A stretch of DNA of 64,000 bases from Planctomycetaceae bacterium (GCA_947459185.1 CANHCU010000006.1:424-64423), one strand, 5' to 3'. Positions 44,922 to 54,652 are shown, counted from the first letter of the stretch. Program-made: numbers and translations. Notes: a model not told the origin generated them from the sequence alone.

Positions 44922-45674
44922 CTACGGCAAGACATCGTAGGAGCGCGCAAACAGAGCGACCGGATCGTCGACCGACAGGCAGGTTCGCACCCAGAAGGCC
45001 TCGCCTGCGGCGGCGTTGATCGCTGCGCCATCTCCCCGCCGTCGGGCCATTACTCGGTGCAGAAAGTCTGGCTGCGACACCCCCGTCTCTCCCGCATTCC
45101 GCCCAGCCACGTGCCACTGCGAGCGGTGACAGCGCACCGCCCGCTCCCACTCCTCCTCCCAGCAGCCAACATCGACGACGAAAGTCGGTGGCGTCCCGCG
45201 AGGGAGGCCGAAGTGCAGGATCGCAGCCGGTCGGTGCGGGGGCGAATCGTCGACAGGGTATGCCCGCCGCAGCCCCGCCAGATAGGCAGCCGCCGTGACG
45301 ATCTTCGCGGTCGCTGCATGATCCGGATGCGGCTGATCTGCATGGTGCGTGAGCACCAACCGAGGCCTAAACCTGCGAAGCAACGCAACAACCGCGGCCC
45401 GGGCGGCATCCGAGTCTGTCAGCCGGCTGTCTCCGAGATCGAGTGACTCGCGGCATGCCGCGCCCAGCACGGCCGCGGCGGCCCGCGCCTCCGCGGCACG
45501 CTCAGCCACCGTACCGTGTGTGGCCGCCTCGCCCCGTGTCAGATCGACGATAGCGGTGCTGTATCCGAGCGAGGCCAACCGCAGGAGCGTGCCGCCGGCG
45601 TGGAGTTCGACGTCGTCGGGATGGGCACCGACGGCAAGGACATCAACAGTCAAGGTCTGGCTCATGGCCCACAT
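44922..45674 (-). CDS. bshB1: PIG-L family deacetylase, BshB1-like
   Basis: VLAVGAHPDDVELHAGGT, VDLTRGEAATHGT and HPDHAATAKIV. Gene order bshB1-bshA is the same as in Bacillus. Confidence 0.75.
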   Translation of the reverse strand: MWAMSQTLTVDVLAVGAHPDDVELHAGGTLLRLASLGYSTAIVDLTRGEAATHGTVAERAAEARAAAAVLGAACRESLDLGDSRLTDSDAARAAVVALLRRFRPRLVLTHHADQPHPDHAATAKIVTAAAYLAGLRRAYPVDDSPPHRPAAILHFGLPRGTPPTFVVDVGCWEEEWERAVRCHRSQWHVAGRNAGETGVSQPDFLHRVMARRRGDGAAINAAAGEAFWVRTCLSVDDPVALFARSYDVLP

Positions 45675-45770
45675 TGTATTTCGAATGTCGTTGGCCCGCG
45701 ACGCTGGGGCTCAATCCCGCTGCGTTCGACCGGGCGTGCCATGACGCGGCCTGGGGTTGGGCAGCCGAAA

Positions 45771-45824
45771 GCCTCGGACTGCGCGCGGCCGGTAGCTCAG
45801 CATGCCCAACTACCGGACTGCCAG
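45771..45824 (+). mobile_element. short IS3 right-end scar
   Basis: GCCTCGGACTGCGCGCGGCCGGTAGCTCAGCATGCCCAACTACCGG matches the subterminal palindrome region of the IS (9900-9950, reverse complement). It is preceded at 45707-45765 by a SprT-like relic (NPAAFDRACHDAAWGWA). Confidence 0.5.
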
Positions 45825-45834
45825 GGCGAACACC

Positions 45835-46464
45835 TCAGGCAAGACTTTGGCTCGTCACATCCTTGATCCAATGACGACGCCACGAACCAACCTTTATTCG
45901 GCGCATCAGAGAGCAGACCACGAAGCCATTCTTCGCATGGGCTCGCAACGCGGCATGATTCTCGGGGAGCGTGGCGCGGATGGCCATTTGCGTGCCCTCC
46001 TCACGGCAGCGTCGCAGCAATTCGTTGCTCAATGCTGGCGCGATACCCTGACCACGAAACTGCGGATCGGTATAGGCTTCGCACAGGTACACCGTTGCGG
46101 ACGGTAAGGGCAGTTCGTATTCCAAATACTCGATCCTGGCCGAGCGACCGACGACCCACATGGCGCCGACCAACCGCCCGTTCCAGCGACCGAGCAGGCA
46201 GCGCTGGCGGCTCTCCAGACGGCTGAGCAGTTCCTTCGGATCCGTGGCTGGTCGCATGGTCCGGTACTCACCGACCCCCTCCGGGAGCAGCCATTCCATC
46301 CTGATGGGCAACCGGCAGTCAACCCGCGACAGCGGCTCGTTCAGGGAGCGACGGAGCAGAAACAAGCGACGGTAGCCGAGCACATCGACTAGTTTGAACC
46401 AGAAGCTGCGTATTCCCTCACGCTGCAAGGTTTCCCATGCACGAGACATCCGTGACCCGTTCAT
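45835..46464 (-). CDS. GNAT family N-acetyltransferase
   Basis: YLCEAYTDPQFRGQGIAPALSNELLRRCREEG (acetyl-CoA binding motif A). Confidence 0.8.
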   Translation of the reverse strand: MNGSRMSRAWETLQREGIRSFWFKLVDVLGYRRLFLLRRSLNEPLSRVDCRLPIRMEWLLPEGVGEYRTMRPATDPKELLSRLESRQRCLLGRWNGRLVGAMWVVGRSARIEYLEYELPLPSATVYLCEAYTDPQFRGQGIAPALSNELLRRCREEGTQMAIRATLPENHAALRAHAKNGFVVCSLMRRIKVGSWRRHWIKDVTSQSLA

Positions 46465-47318
46465 GTCGAGATCCCGGACCGATGGCGATTGTAGAAGCCG
46501 AGTGCGCCGAATGCCGCTGGGGTCATCGCTCGACGGCCGAAGATGGAAGCCAGCTCGTGGACGCGTCGCAACAAGGACATGTTTGTCGCCAACTGCGTCC
46601 GCTCCGTATCAAACCAGATGTTGTCCTCCAGGCCGACGCGGACGCCGCCGCCTTCCACGATGGCCAGCGCGTTGGCACGCAGCTGCGCATCCCCGATGCC
46701 TCCAAGCGACCAGAGTCCGCCTGGGGGTACGTTTTGGAGCAGCAAAGCGACTTGTGCCAGGTCTGCCTGGGCGGTGGCGATATTGCCGACAAGCACGTTG
46801 AAGTAAAACGGCGGCTTCAATATGCCCTTGCCAGCCAGGTATTTCGCGAAATTGATCATTCCCTGGTCGAAGCACTCCAGTTCCGGCACCACCCCGTGCC
46901 CGGCCATGGCTTCGGCCAGTCGCTGGATCATTTCTGGTGAGTTGACGCTGGCCTCCCGGGAGAAGTTCAACGAACCCAAAGTCAGCGAGGCCATGTCGGG
47001 CCGGGCCTGGAGCACCGCGGAACGCTTCTCGAACTCGCCGTAATTGCGACCGCTTAACGAAACGCAGATGACGAGGTCGGGACAATGACGACGGATGCCG
47101 TCGAGTATCGGACCGTAGATCTCCGGCTCCCACGCAGGCGTGCCGTCTGCGTGCCTCGCGTGGACATGAACGACGGTGATCCCGATTGCGTGCGCCTCGT
47201 GGACTTGCTCGATGATTTCCGTCGCCGTTATCGGAACATGCGGCGTCACATCTTTGGTCGGCACCATGCCCGTCGGCACGAAATTGACGATAAGGTCGGG
47301 TCGGCTTGCAGTCGTCAT
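46461..47318 (-). CDS. BKACE family enzyme (3-keto-5-aminohexanoate cleavage-like, DUF849)
   Basis: LIVNFVPTGMVPTKDVTPHVPITATEIIEQVHEAHAIGITVVHVHAR and a TIM-barrel-like length. ATGA overlap with the GNAT gene. Confidence 0.8.
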   Translation of the reverse strand: MTTASRPDLIVNFVPTGMVPTKDVTPHVPITATEIIEQVHEAHAIGITVVHVHARHADGTPAWEPEIYGPILDGIRRHCPDLVICVSLSGRNYGEFEKRSAVLQARPDMASLTLGSLNFSREASVNSPEMIQRLAEAMAGHGVVPELECFDQGMINFAKYLAGKGILKPPFYFNVLVGNIATAQADLAQVALLLQNVPPGGLWSLGGIGDAQLRANALAIVEGGGVRVGLEDNIWFDTERTQLATNMSLLRRVHELASIFGRRAMTPAAFGALGFYNRHRSGIST

Positions 47319-47348
47319 GGGAGGAATCCTGCGGGCTCTGTCGTCGAT

Positions 47349-48635
47349 TCAAGAATGGAGTGAGCTCTTCGTGAGCATAGGACACTTTGCGCAACTGCGG
47401 ACTTTCACCTCGCAGCGTTCGAGATCGCACCGCACCGTATGCCCCTGCAGTGCAAGCCCGATTCGTTCGAGCCGTTGGTCGTGACGGCCTTTGATCAGCA
47501 CGACGTCACCCGGGCGCAACTCCTCCAGCAGCAGAGCCGAGGCCCGCGCGACACTGCTGCCCGCATCGTGGAGAGTGGCTTCGTCGTGGCCACCACGCCG
47601 GGCTCCCGCGGCATATCGCTGAAAGTTGCTCCCGATGATCACGAGTGAGTCGGTGACACGCCCAAACCGCTCCCCGAGGTCCCGATAGATCGGTCCTTGG
47701 CTCCCCGGTGGCTCGGTAACTTCCCCGAGAACGGCCAGACGGCGATCTGCGGGAACGTGTGCGAGCACATTCAAAGCCGGGCCGAAGGTTTCCAGGCCGG
47801 ATTTAAAGTCATCGCGCAACAGCCACGCTCCGTTGGGGAGCGCAACCGGCTCCAAGCGGCCGGGGGTGGGTGGCAAGTGGGTGAGACGGGGCGAGACCGC
47901 GTCGAACGCGAGTCCCGCGGCCTCCGCCACGGTGATGGCGGCGAGGATTGGGTAGAGCATGGTCTCCCCGAGCAACGGCACGTGCATCGCCCGCGTGACG
48001 TTGGCAGTCTCGAGTCGGAACCGGGTGCCGTGCGGCCAATCCAGGGCGACCTGTGCTGCCCGCACGTCGTTGCTGTCCCCCAGCCCGAACATGATCACGC
48101 GGGCCGCGGTCTGTGACTTCATCCACACCACGTTGGGGTCGTCGCCGTTGAGCACGGCCACGCCAGACCTGGACAAGGCACGCACCATCGCCGCCTTTTC
48201 GTGCCGGGTTGTTTCGATGGTTCCCAAGGACCGACCGTGTTCCGTGCCGATGCTTGTCACGACCACAACATCTGGTCGGAGAAGTGCGGCATACGTCGCC
48301 ATCTGACCGACGTCATCGATTCCCACCTCGATGACCGCATGCCGGTGCCAGGGCCTGATGCGCAACACGGCGCCAGCGACGTCAGACCACGCATTCCAGA
48401 GGTTTTGCCGATGCAAAGGCAGGCCCAAGGCAACGAGCGTGGCCCTGGTCGTCGTGGTCTTGCCATAGCTGCCGACAACGGCGATCAGGCATGTGCGCCG
48501 TGCCAACGTGCGACGATGCAGCCACGCGAGGACCGAGACAAGCGGCCAGCAACGAAACCACACGCCGCGGGCCACCTGCCACCGTCCAATCGGCGTCCGC
48601 AGCATGGCTGCGATTTCACTCACACGGTAACGCAT
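47349..48635 (-). CDS. Mur ligase family protein (MurF-like central and C-terminal domains, Cys-rich tail)
   Basis: IAVVGSYGKTTTTRATL P-loop, VVVTSIGTEH, LRDDFKSGLETF, and the tail VRCDLERCEVKVRSCAKCP. Confidence 0.75.
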   Translation of the reverse strand: MRYRVSEIAAMLRTPIGRWQVARGVWFRCWPLVSVLAWLHRRTLARRTCLIAVVGSYGKTTTTRATLVALGLPLHRQNLWNAWSDVAGAVLRIRPWHRHAVIEVGIDDVGQMATYAALLRPDVVVVTSIGTEHGRSLGTIETTRHEKAAMVRALSRSGVAVLNGDDPNVVWMKSQTAARVIMFGLGDSNDVRAAQVALDWPHGTRFRLETANVTRAMHVPLLGETMLYPILAAITVAEAAGLAFDAVSPRLTHLPPTPGRLEPVALPNGAWLLRDDFKSGLETFGPALNVLAHVPADRRLAVLGEVTEPPGSQGPIYRDLGERFGRVTDSLVIIGSNFQRYAAGARRGGHDEATLHDAGSSVARASALLLEELRPGDVVLIKGRHDQRLERIGLALQGHTVRCDLERCEVKVRSCAKCPMLTKSSLHS

Positions 48636-50494
48636 TCCAATCGCTTTCTAAACATGTCGTCCCACAATTGTGTTCCGGCGATCAAAAGTAGCAACCGGCT
48701 ATGGTCTGCCACGCCCGCCTCGTGGGCGCGGAGCAGCCCTGCCACGCAGGACGCATCGAAATAACCCGTGTCTCGTATGCGAGACGCCGACAAAGAATCC
48801 CGCACGACATCCGGCAACGGGGGCCGCATCCAGTCTTTCACCGGCGCCGACAAAGGACGCTTGCGTCGCCGGCATATGGGGGGCGGCAACACCCCGCGCA
48901 TTGCCCGCCTTAGGACGGCCTTTTCCTGAAGTCCGCGCAACTTGACCCACGGCGGTATCGTCGCGCAGAACTCCACCAGCGGGTGATCGAGAAAGGGGAC
49001 GCGGGCCTCCAGCGAGTACGCCATCGAGTGGCTGTCCAAGTGTTGCACCACGGACTCTGACAGTCGCATTTTGAAGTCCAAGTACTGCAGCTGGGCAAAT
49101 CGGTGCCAGCCTGCGAATTCTGCAGGCAACGGTGACGACTCTACGCCGCCCACTGCGTTATCCAGCAACAATCCGTCGGGCAGGTCGGCATTGGTCGCCC
49201 CGCCGGACAACGCCCGAAATCTCGAAACACCCATCGCGGCCGGCGCAAGCAGGATCGTTGAGGCACCGGGCCAGCGGCGGCGTAATACAGCCGCAGCCAA
49301 TCGCCGCAAGGCGAGTGGCCACCTGGCGGCTGGTGCCAGTGCCTTGTCGGCGCGATACCAGGCGTAGCCACCCAGTGCCTCGTCGGCACCTTCGCCGCAC
49401 AACACGACCTTGACCTCGCGGGCGCTCGCTTCCGCGATCAACATGCGCGATATGTCCACCCCTTGCCCGAAGGGCTGCTCCCGATGCCAGACGGCTCGGG
49501 GCAACAGCCCGCAGTGCTCACGCCGGCACTCGAGTCGCCGTCCAATCAGCTGGTACGACGGGTATTCATCGAGCAATCGATGGTACCTCAGTTCGTCCAC
49601 CTCTGGATTCTCGAAACCAAGTGTAAATGTCGGCAGTGGGCGAAGCAGTTCCATCTGCATCAGGGCTGCGACGGCACTCGAATCGATGCCCGCGCTCAGC
49701 CAGACGCCGACGGGTGCGTCGCTCCGCAGATGCAGTCGCACCGAGTGCGTCAGTTCGGCACGTAACTGATCTGCCCAGGCGTCATCGGAGCGACTGCGGT
49801 CATAGTCGGCGGCCGCGGGAAACGTAAGGTCCCAGTATTGGCGCGTCGCCACCGTTCCAGACTCGAAGGTGAGGCATTCGCCGGCACGCAGACGGTTGAC
49901 GCCGGCAACCATGCTGCGTGGCGTGCGAACGTAGCCGAACGTGAACACGTCACGCAGGGCGTTGTGATCCATGCACGCGGACACGCCGCCCGAAGCCAGG
50001 ATGGCCTTGAGTTCCGACCCGAAGACCACTCCTTCGTCCGTAAGGGCGTAGTGCAGGGGCTTGATGCCGAAGCGGTCGCGGGCCAGGGTCAGCCGCCGTC
50101 GGCGGGCGTCCCATACCGCGAGGGCGAACATGCCACGCAACTGCTCCACGAAGGCGGAAGGATCCTCCTCGTAGAGGTGAACGATCACCTCGGTGTCGGA
50201 CTGGGTGCGAAACCGGTGCCCGGCCGCCTGCAGCCGCGCCCGTAGTTCGACGAAGTTGTAGATTTCGCCGTTGCAAATCACGACGACTGATCCGTCCTCG
50301 TTGGCGATCGGTTGGTCGCCCGTGGCGGTGTCGATGATGCTCAGCCGGCGCATTCCCAAGCCGATGCCGGGACCGAAGTGGAATCCCTCGCTATCGGGGC
50401 CACGATGCCACATGATCTGCGTCATGCGGCGCAGTCGCGACTCATCCGTGCCGCGATTGGGGTCGGTACAGGCGATTCCCGCGATTCCGCACAT
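48620..50494 (-). CDS. asnB: asparagine synthase (glutamine-hydrolysing) family amidotransferase
   Basis: The N-terminal MCGIAG (catalytic Cys2) is present, with the PP-loop variant LSAGIDSSAVAAL. 624 aa. Confidence 0.9.
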   Translation of the reverse strand: MCGIAGIACTDPNRGTDESRLRRMTQIMWHRGPDSEGFHFGPGIGLGMRRLSIIDTATGDQPIANEDGSVVVICNGEIYNFVELRARLQAAGHRFRTQSDTEVIVHLYEEDPSAFVEQLRGMFALAVWDARRRRLTLARDRFGIKPLHYALTDEGVVFGSELKAILASGGVSACMDHNALRDVFTFGYVRTPRSMVAGVNRLRAGECLTFESGTVATRQYWDLTFPAAADYDRSRSDDAWADQLRAELTHSVRLHLRSDAPVGVWLSAGIDSSAVAALMQMELLRPLPTFTLGFENPEVDELRYHRLLDEYPSYQLIGRRLECRREHCGLLPRAVWHREQPFGQGVDISRMLIAEASAREVKVVLCGEGADEALGGYAWYRADKALAPAARWPLALRRLAAAVLRRRWPGASTILLAPAAMGVSRFRALSGGATNADLPDGLLLDNAVGGVESSPLPAEFAGWHRFAQLQYLDFKMRLSESVVQHLDSHSMAYSLEARVPFLDHPLVEFCATIPPWVKLRGLQEKAVLRRAMRGVLPPPICRRRKRPLSAPVKDWMRPPLPDVVRDSLSASRIRDTGYFDASCVAGLLRAHEAGVADHSRLLLLIAGTQLWDDMFRKRLECVTV

Positions 50495-50518
50495 GGCGTC
50501 GTTTCATGGGGGCAGGCC
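50495..50518 (-). repeat. 38-bp IS-end-like motif, copy e (partial)
   Basis: GGCGTCGTTTCATGGGGGCAGGCC lies immediately upstream of the asnB start codon (minus-strand sense). Confidence 0.35.
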
Positions 50519-50567
50519 GCCTTTCCCTTCGATCTGACAGCTGCGACTAGGATAGCCTCCGCGGACA

Positions 50568-50835
50568 TCATGGAAAAATCCAGGATTGGCAACGGCACTT
50601 CCGCTCTGCGACCACTCTCCCGAGCAATGCCGTCCGCTCAGCCTCGGCCATAGTCATGCCGGCCACGAGGATCACGGCGAGGGCGAGCAACTCGATGCGA
50701 TCAGCCGAAAGTGCGTCGCATTCTGCGTCGCACTTGGACACGACCCTCTGATTTCGCGACTGAAACCGCGTTTGTTCGCTTCCTGTCCCCGCCACTTTAC
50801 GCCCGCCGGGCCATCCCTGGCCGCTGCCGGCTCAT
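50568..50835 (-). repeat. small-ORF-bearing dispersed repeat, copy 5 (open 75-codon ORF, GTG start)
   Basis: MAGTGSEQTRFQSRNQRVVSKCDAECDALSADRIELLALAVILVAGMTMAEAERTALLGRVVAERKCRCQSWIFP*. Confidence 0.7.
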
Positions 50836-50882
50836 CTGCGCTGCAGCTCGACGGCGACGCCTGCCCACCGCCCACGGCAAGG

Positions 50883-52013
50883 TCAGGCCCCTACGTCCCC
50901 CAGCAGGGCCACGAGTCGTGTCCGAAGAACGTCGATGTCGTAGTAGGCACGCTCGCCACATGAACCGGTTCCGGCGAACGGCAGGAAGTGCGACTCGGCC
51001 CCAGACAGGCTATCGCACATCAGCTGATTGAGCGTGAGCCCGCTGTTGCGTCGCGGTGTGCCCACATTGATCACGGGTGTGCCCGGTCGGACGAACACGC
51101 TGTTGTGCAGTGCCGATCCCTCGGCGCCAGCGATAATCTCAGCGCGTTGATACAGCGCCACCTGCCGCGCGAACGACCACTGCTGAGGGTGGAGGATGCG
51201 GAACCCAGCCGCAGTGAACACTCGCTCAACCTGTCGCTCGTTGCGCATCGGACGGTTACCATGAACTCGACGTCGCGAGAAGTAGAGACGCAAAGGCCCG
51301 TCGCCGGGCCAGCCCCGCAGGCGGTGAAGAAACCCCGGGCCGCAATCGGGCTGCGCGAGGCAGTGCTCCACAACACGTCGGTATGTAGCGGCCATGGCCG
51401 GTTCCACACCATTGCTGATCTCCAGCTGGGCGGTCGGCAGTACGACTCGCTCGAACCGTAGCGGCCGGCGCACCACGATCACCCTATCCAGCGGAATGCC
51501 GAAGCAGGCGAAGCACTCCCGGGCCGGTTGGAACCAGCGCGGCGTCAATGGCAGGCCGTAGAGATGGTGGAAGACGTAGTGGTCGAACGGGCCAAGTTGT
51601 TCGAGTGCCCAAAACCGAGAGAGGGTTTCGAGCAAAAAGTGGCCGTAGTGACGGGAGGAAATCCCTAGGTAGATGCTGCGACCAGGCACCCACCGTGCCG
51701 ACTGGTGCGGATCGATGTGATCCGGATCGCCGAGAATAAAATGCTCGCCTCTCGCACTGCGCTGCGAGGCTGGGCAACGTGAGCCGTCGCGGTCATAAAG
51801 GCATCCGCGAATGAGCTTTTTGCGCTGCGGCATTGCTACCACGGCCCGAGGCGTGGCGATGGCGTGCTCCAACTCCACGACCTGCTGGCTCCATGCAGGT
51901 AGCGGCACGCAGCGGTGTCCCCCGCGGGCTCCGGGCACGGGCCTCTCCCTGGGCAGGAGACTGCTGCTCCGTCGGCGACGGCTATCGGCGGCGTCCGCTG
52001 CTCGTTGTTCCAT
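50883..52013 (-). CDS. GT61/DUF563 family glycosyltransferase
   Basis: HYGHFLLETLSRFWAL, YFSRRRVHGNRPMRNERQVERVFTAAGFRILHPQ and AGAEGSALHN. The start is uncertain; MPQRKK at 51833 is an alternative. Confidence 0.8.
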   Translation of the reverse strand: MEQRAADAADSRRRRSSSLLPRERPVPGARGGHRCVPLPAWSQQVVELEHAIATPRAVVAMPQRKKLIRGCLYDRDGSRCPASQRSARGEHFILGDPDHIDPHQSARWVPGRSIYLGISSRHYGHFLLETLSRFWALEQLGPFDHYVFHHLYGLPLTPRWFQPARECFACFGIPLDRVIVVRRPLRFERVVLPTAQLEISNGVEPAMAATYRRVVEHCLAQPDCGPGFLHRLRGWPGDGPLRLYFSRRRVHGNRPMRNERQVERVFTAAGFRILHPQQWSFARQVALYQRAEIIAGAEGSALHNSVFVRPGTPVINVGTPRRNSGLTLNQLMCDSLSGAESHFLPFAGTGSCGERAYYDIDVLRTRLVALLGDVGA

Positions 52014-52797
52014 TCAGACGCCTCATGAGGGAGTGAGCGGCCTGTGTCAGGCTGCGGGGAGACGACTGCAATTGCAGAAGCCTCTCGCGAATGGTCCATG
52101 GGCCGTCGTCGATCAACCACGTGGTTCCGACGCACTTGAGCCGACGCCCTCTCCTGCGTGCCGATCTGGATGCAGGGTCCCGAATCGGAAACGAGTACCC
52201 ATCGCTCCAATTCCAATCGTCCCCGGCGATGACGGCGTCAGGAAAAAGCTCATCACACACCGGGATCTCGTGACCCTTCTTGTCGGCGTCGATGTACACC
52301 ATGTCGGGCCGTAGGCCCAGCGAGTGCAACTCCGGCAGTACGTCCAGCGACATACCTCGCACGTGAACGATCCGGTGCCGGACATCCCACATGGAGGAAA
52401 TGAACGACCGATAGACACCTTCCGGGGCATGGAGTTGGTCACGATAGGCACGGCCGATGCGATGGGCGGCGATTCCCGCCCCCGGGTCGATCAGGTCAGG
52501 CCAGGGGTCGACGCAGACCACGACGACCTCCCGCGACGCGGCCAGCCACTGACGGGCCGATCCCCCGAGGAACGAGCCGATCTCGAGCAGCACGTTGACG
52601 CCGCGCGATGCGATCGCGTCAGTGACCAGTCGCCGCCCTCCGTAATCCAGGCTCCACAGGATCGGCGACTCGGACGGCCGTTCCGTTGGCCAGGGGTATC
52701 GCGCCTTGAGGCTTGCGAGCGACTCGCGGGCCTGCAGCGCAGCACGACTCCCTCGCGCGGTCGCGGTGTCGGCGATGTTTGCTGCTCCTGTCGTCAT
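51982..52797 (-). CDS. class I SAM-dependent methyltransferase
   Basis: VNVLLEIGSFLGGSARQW (motif I) and MVYIDADKKG. The ATG at 52797 gives an ATGA overlap with the upstream stop. Confidence 0.8.
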   Translation of the reverse strand: MTTGAANIADTATARGSRAALQARESLASLKARYPWPTERPSESPILWSLDYGGRRLVTDAIASRGVNVLLEIGSFLGGSARQWLAASREVVVVCVDPWPDLIDPGAGIAAHRIGRAYRDQLHAPEGVYRSFISSMWDVRHRIVHVRGMSLDVLPELHSLGLRPDMVYIDADKKGHEIPVCDELFPDAVIAGDDWNWSDGYSFPIRDPASRSARRRGRRLKCVGTTWLIDDGPWTIRERLLQLQSSPRSLTQAAHSLMRRLNGTTSSGRRR

Positions 52798-53759
52798 GCC
52801 GCACGTGCGCTCGCGTCGCGAAGTCCGCGAGACTGCCACAGTCCCGCCCATGCTTTCCCGATGAGGTATGCGGTTCCCATGACGCAGAGAACCGGCAGGG
52901 CGAGCGGCAGCAGCAGCAGGCTCGATGGTTGCGTCCGGGCGATCTGCTGTAGCCTGCCTGCCAGTCGGCCGAGGACGCCATGCCCGGGCCTATCCGGGGC
53001 CATGGCACCAAGATACGGCCTGCCCGTCTCGCGGGCAGTGATGGCACGGATCGATGCAGCATCGCTGCCGAGACGGTAGTAACGGGCGATGACTTCAGAC
53101 GGCGGAACGACCGCGTGCCAGCCGCGCGCCCTGGGCTGCCGGAGAATGACTCCTGACTCCCGCATGACTCTCGCCATGTGAATGAGGTTCTGCCCGCGGT
53201 AGAGTTCGGCCGGATCGGGGAGCGGGACGCGTGTCAAGCTCGTCCTGCGGGCTGCGACGTTGTTCGCCCAGTACGTCGTGGTCGGGGCAAGGGCGGACTC
53301 GCCCGTGAGCCTCGGGAAATTGAACGTCATGGCAAATGCCAGCGAATACGGACCAGTGATCGGCGTGGTCGTCTCGCCGGCGATCATGTCGGCGTCCGGA
53401 CGTTGGCGAAAGCCATCGAGCAAGGCCTCGAGCCAGCCAGCTTCATAGACGACGTCACCGTCGCAGAACACGACGATTTCCGATCCCGTCTCGAGTGCGC
53501 CGGCAAGTTTCAAGTCGATGTACGACGCGCCGTTAGGTCTCTTCACGATGGTGACCCAAGGGTGGCGGCGGTGGATCTCGGCCAGAACTGTCTCGGGCAC
53601 CACGCCTCCGTCCGCCACGAACACGCCATCGGCCAGTCGCACGAGATCACCCTGCGACTTGATGCTGTCCAGGCAGCGGAAGAGTTCGTCGAGATCGACG
53701 ATGGCAAGGTTGTCCGTCTCGACGACGATGCAGAACGATGGAAACACCGTCTTATCCAT
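52794..53759 (-). CDS. GT2-like glycosyltransferase with C-terminal TM segment
   Basis: FCIVVETDNLAIVDLDELFRCLDSIKSQ...VVFCDGDVVYEAGWLEALL. Confidence 0.7.
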   Translation of the reverse strand: MDKTVFPSFCIVVETDNLAIVDLDELFRCLDSIKSQGDLVRLADGVFVADGGVVPETVLAEIHRRHPWVTIVKRPNGASYIDLKLAGALETGSEIVVFCDGDVVYEAGWLEALLDGFRQRPDADMIAGETTTPITGPYSLAFAMTFNFPRLTGESALAPTTTYWANNVAARRTSLTRVPLPDPAELYRGQNLIHMARVMRESGVILRQPRARGWHAVVPPSEVIARYYRLGSDAASIRAITARETGRPYLGAMAPDRPGHGVLGRLAGRLQQIARTQPSSLLLLPLALPVLCVMGTAYLIGKAWAGLWQSRGLRDASARAA

Positions 53760-53762
53760 GGC

Positions 53763-54611
53763 TCACTTCCTGATGACGTAGCCGCTCAAGCGGCCGATGG
53801 CCCATGCACAGAGACCCACCGCCAGCAAAAAGGCCAGCGTCGACGCCCGCAGGAAGCCGTAGGACTTGTTATGGACCGTTTTCCGAAAAACTGCCAGCCG
53901 ATCGCCCATCGTCAACGGCCGCACCGCGATCACGCGACGATAGGACTGCATGCTCCGGCCATAAGTGAACACCTTCCGCAGGTACGTTGCGACCCCGTCC
54001 ATCTCCAGGTGCGACACGATCATGGCGGGCACGAATGCTAGCGCGGAGCATCCCTCGCCATCGACGACGCGCCTCATGAAGATCGTGTCGGAGCCGCGGC
54101 TGCGATCGTCGAAGGGGCCATGGCGATCCCACGCCGCTCGCGTCACTCCCATGTTGTTCGTGTAGCCGTAGTATTTCGTGGGCTCTCCCGAGGTGAGCGC
54201 CCACTCGTCTCTCGTCGTGTCGTAGTCGCCGAGCATCCGATTGAGGCCGGTGTCGGGGGTCGGCCGGCGGACGCCAAGCGCCACGGCGACCCCCGGTTGT
54301 CGCATCGCTTCGAACAAGTGTCGCAGCCACGATTGTCCGGGCACGCAGTCAGGGTCGATGAAGGCGAGGATGCCACCAGTCGCGGCCGCCACGCCGGTGT
54401 TGCGAGCCATGTAGGCGCCGGGGCGGCTCTCAAGAAGCAGCCGCACCCGCGGGTCGGCCCGGAGGATCTTCGCCGAATCATCAGTCGATCCGTTGTCCAC
54501 GAAGATCCACTCCACGTCACCGTCGAAATCGTCCTGGGCTTGGAGTCCTGCCAGGCAGGCCGGCAAGGTCGCCGCAGCATCGAGCACCGGTACAATAATC
54601 GAGACGTCCAT
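53763..54611 (-). CDS. family 2 glycosyltransferase (paralogue of 24977-25891)
   Basis: MDVSIIVPVLDAAATLPACLAGLQAQ...WIFVDNGSTDDS...ILAFIDPDCVP. I chose the ATG at 54611; the track ORF extends to 54686. Confidence 0.9.
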   Translation of the reverse strand: MDVSIIVPVLDAAATLPACLAGLQAQDDFDGDVEWIFVDNGSTDDSAKILRADPRVRLLLESRPGAYMARNTGVAAATGGILAFIDPDCVPGQSWLRHLFEAMRQPGVAVALGVRRPTPDTGLNRMLGDYDTTRDEWALTSGEPTKYYGYTNNMGVTRAAWDRHGPFDDRSRGSDTIFMRRVVDGEGCSALAFVPAMIVSHLEMDGVATYLRKVFTYGRSMQSYRRVIAVRPLTMGDRLAVFRKTVHNKSYGFLRASTLAFLLAVGLCAWAIGRLSGYVIRK

Positions 54612-54652
54612 ATCGTCTAGTACCGGCTTTCCCAGCCGAGTAGCGCCTCTTC

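Noticed and set aside
36246-50494. A lasso-peptide/RiPP cluster, suggested by the asparagine-synthase homologue, HprK-like kinase, nucleotidyltransferase and sulfotransferase-like domain.
   Set aside because: The AsnB protein keeps the MCGIAG amidotransferase N-terminus typical of true AsnB. No PqqD-like RRE, transglutaminase-like protease or precursor-like small ORF was seen. The genes are on opposite strands and sit among glycosyltransferases.
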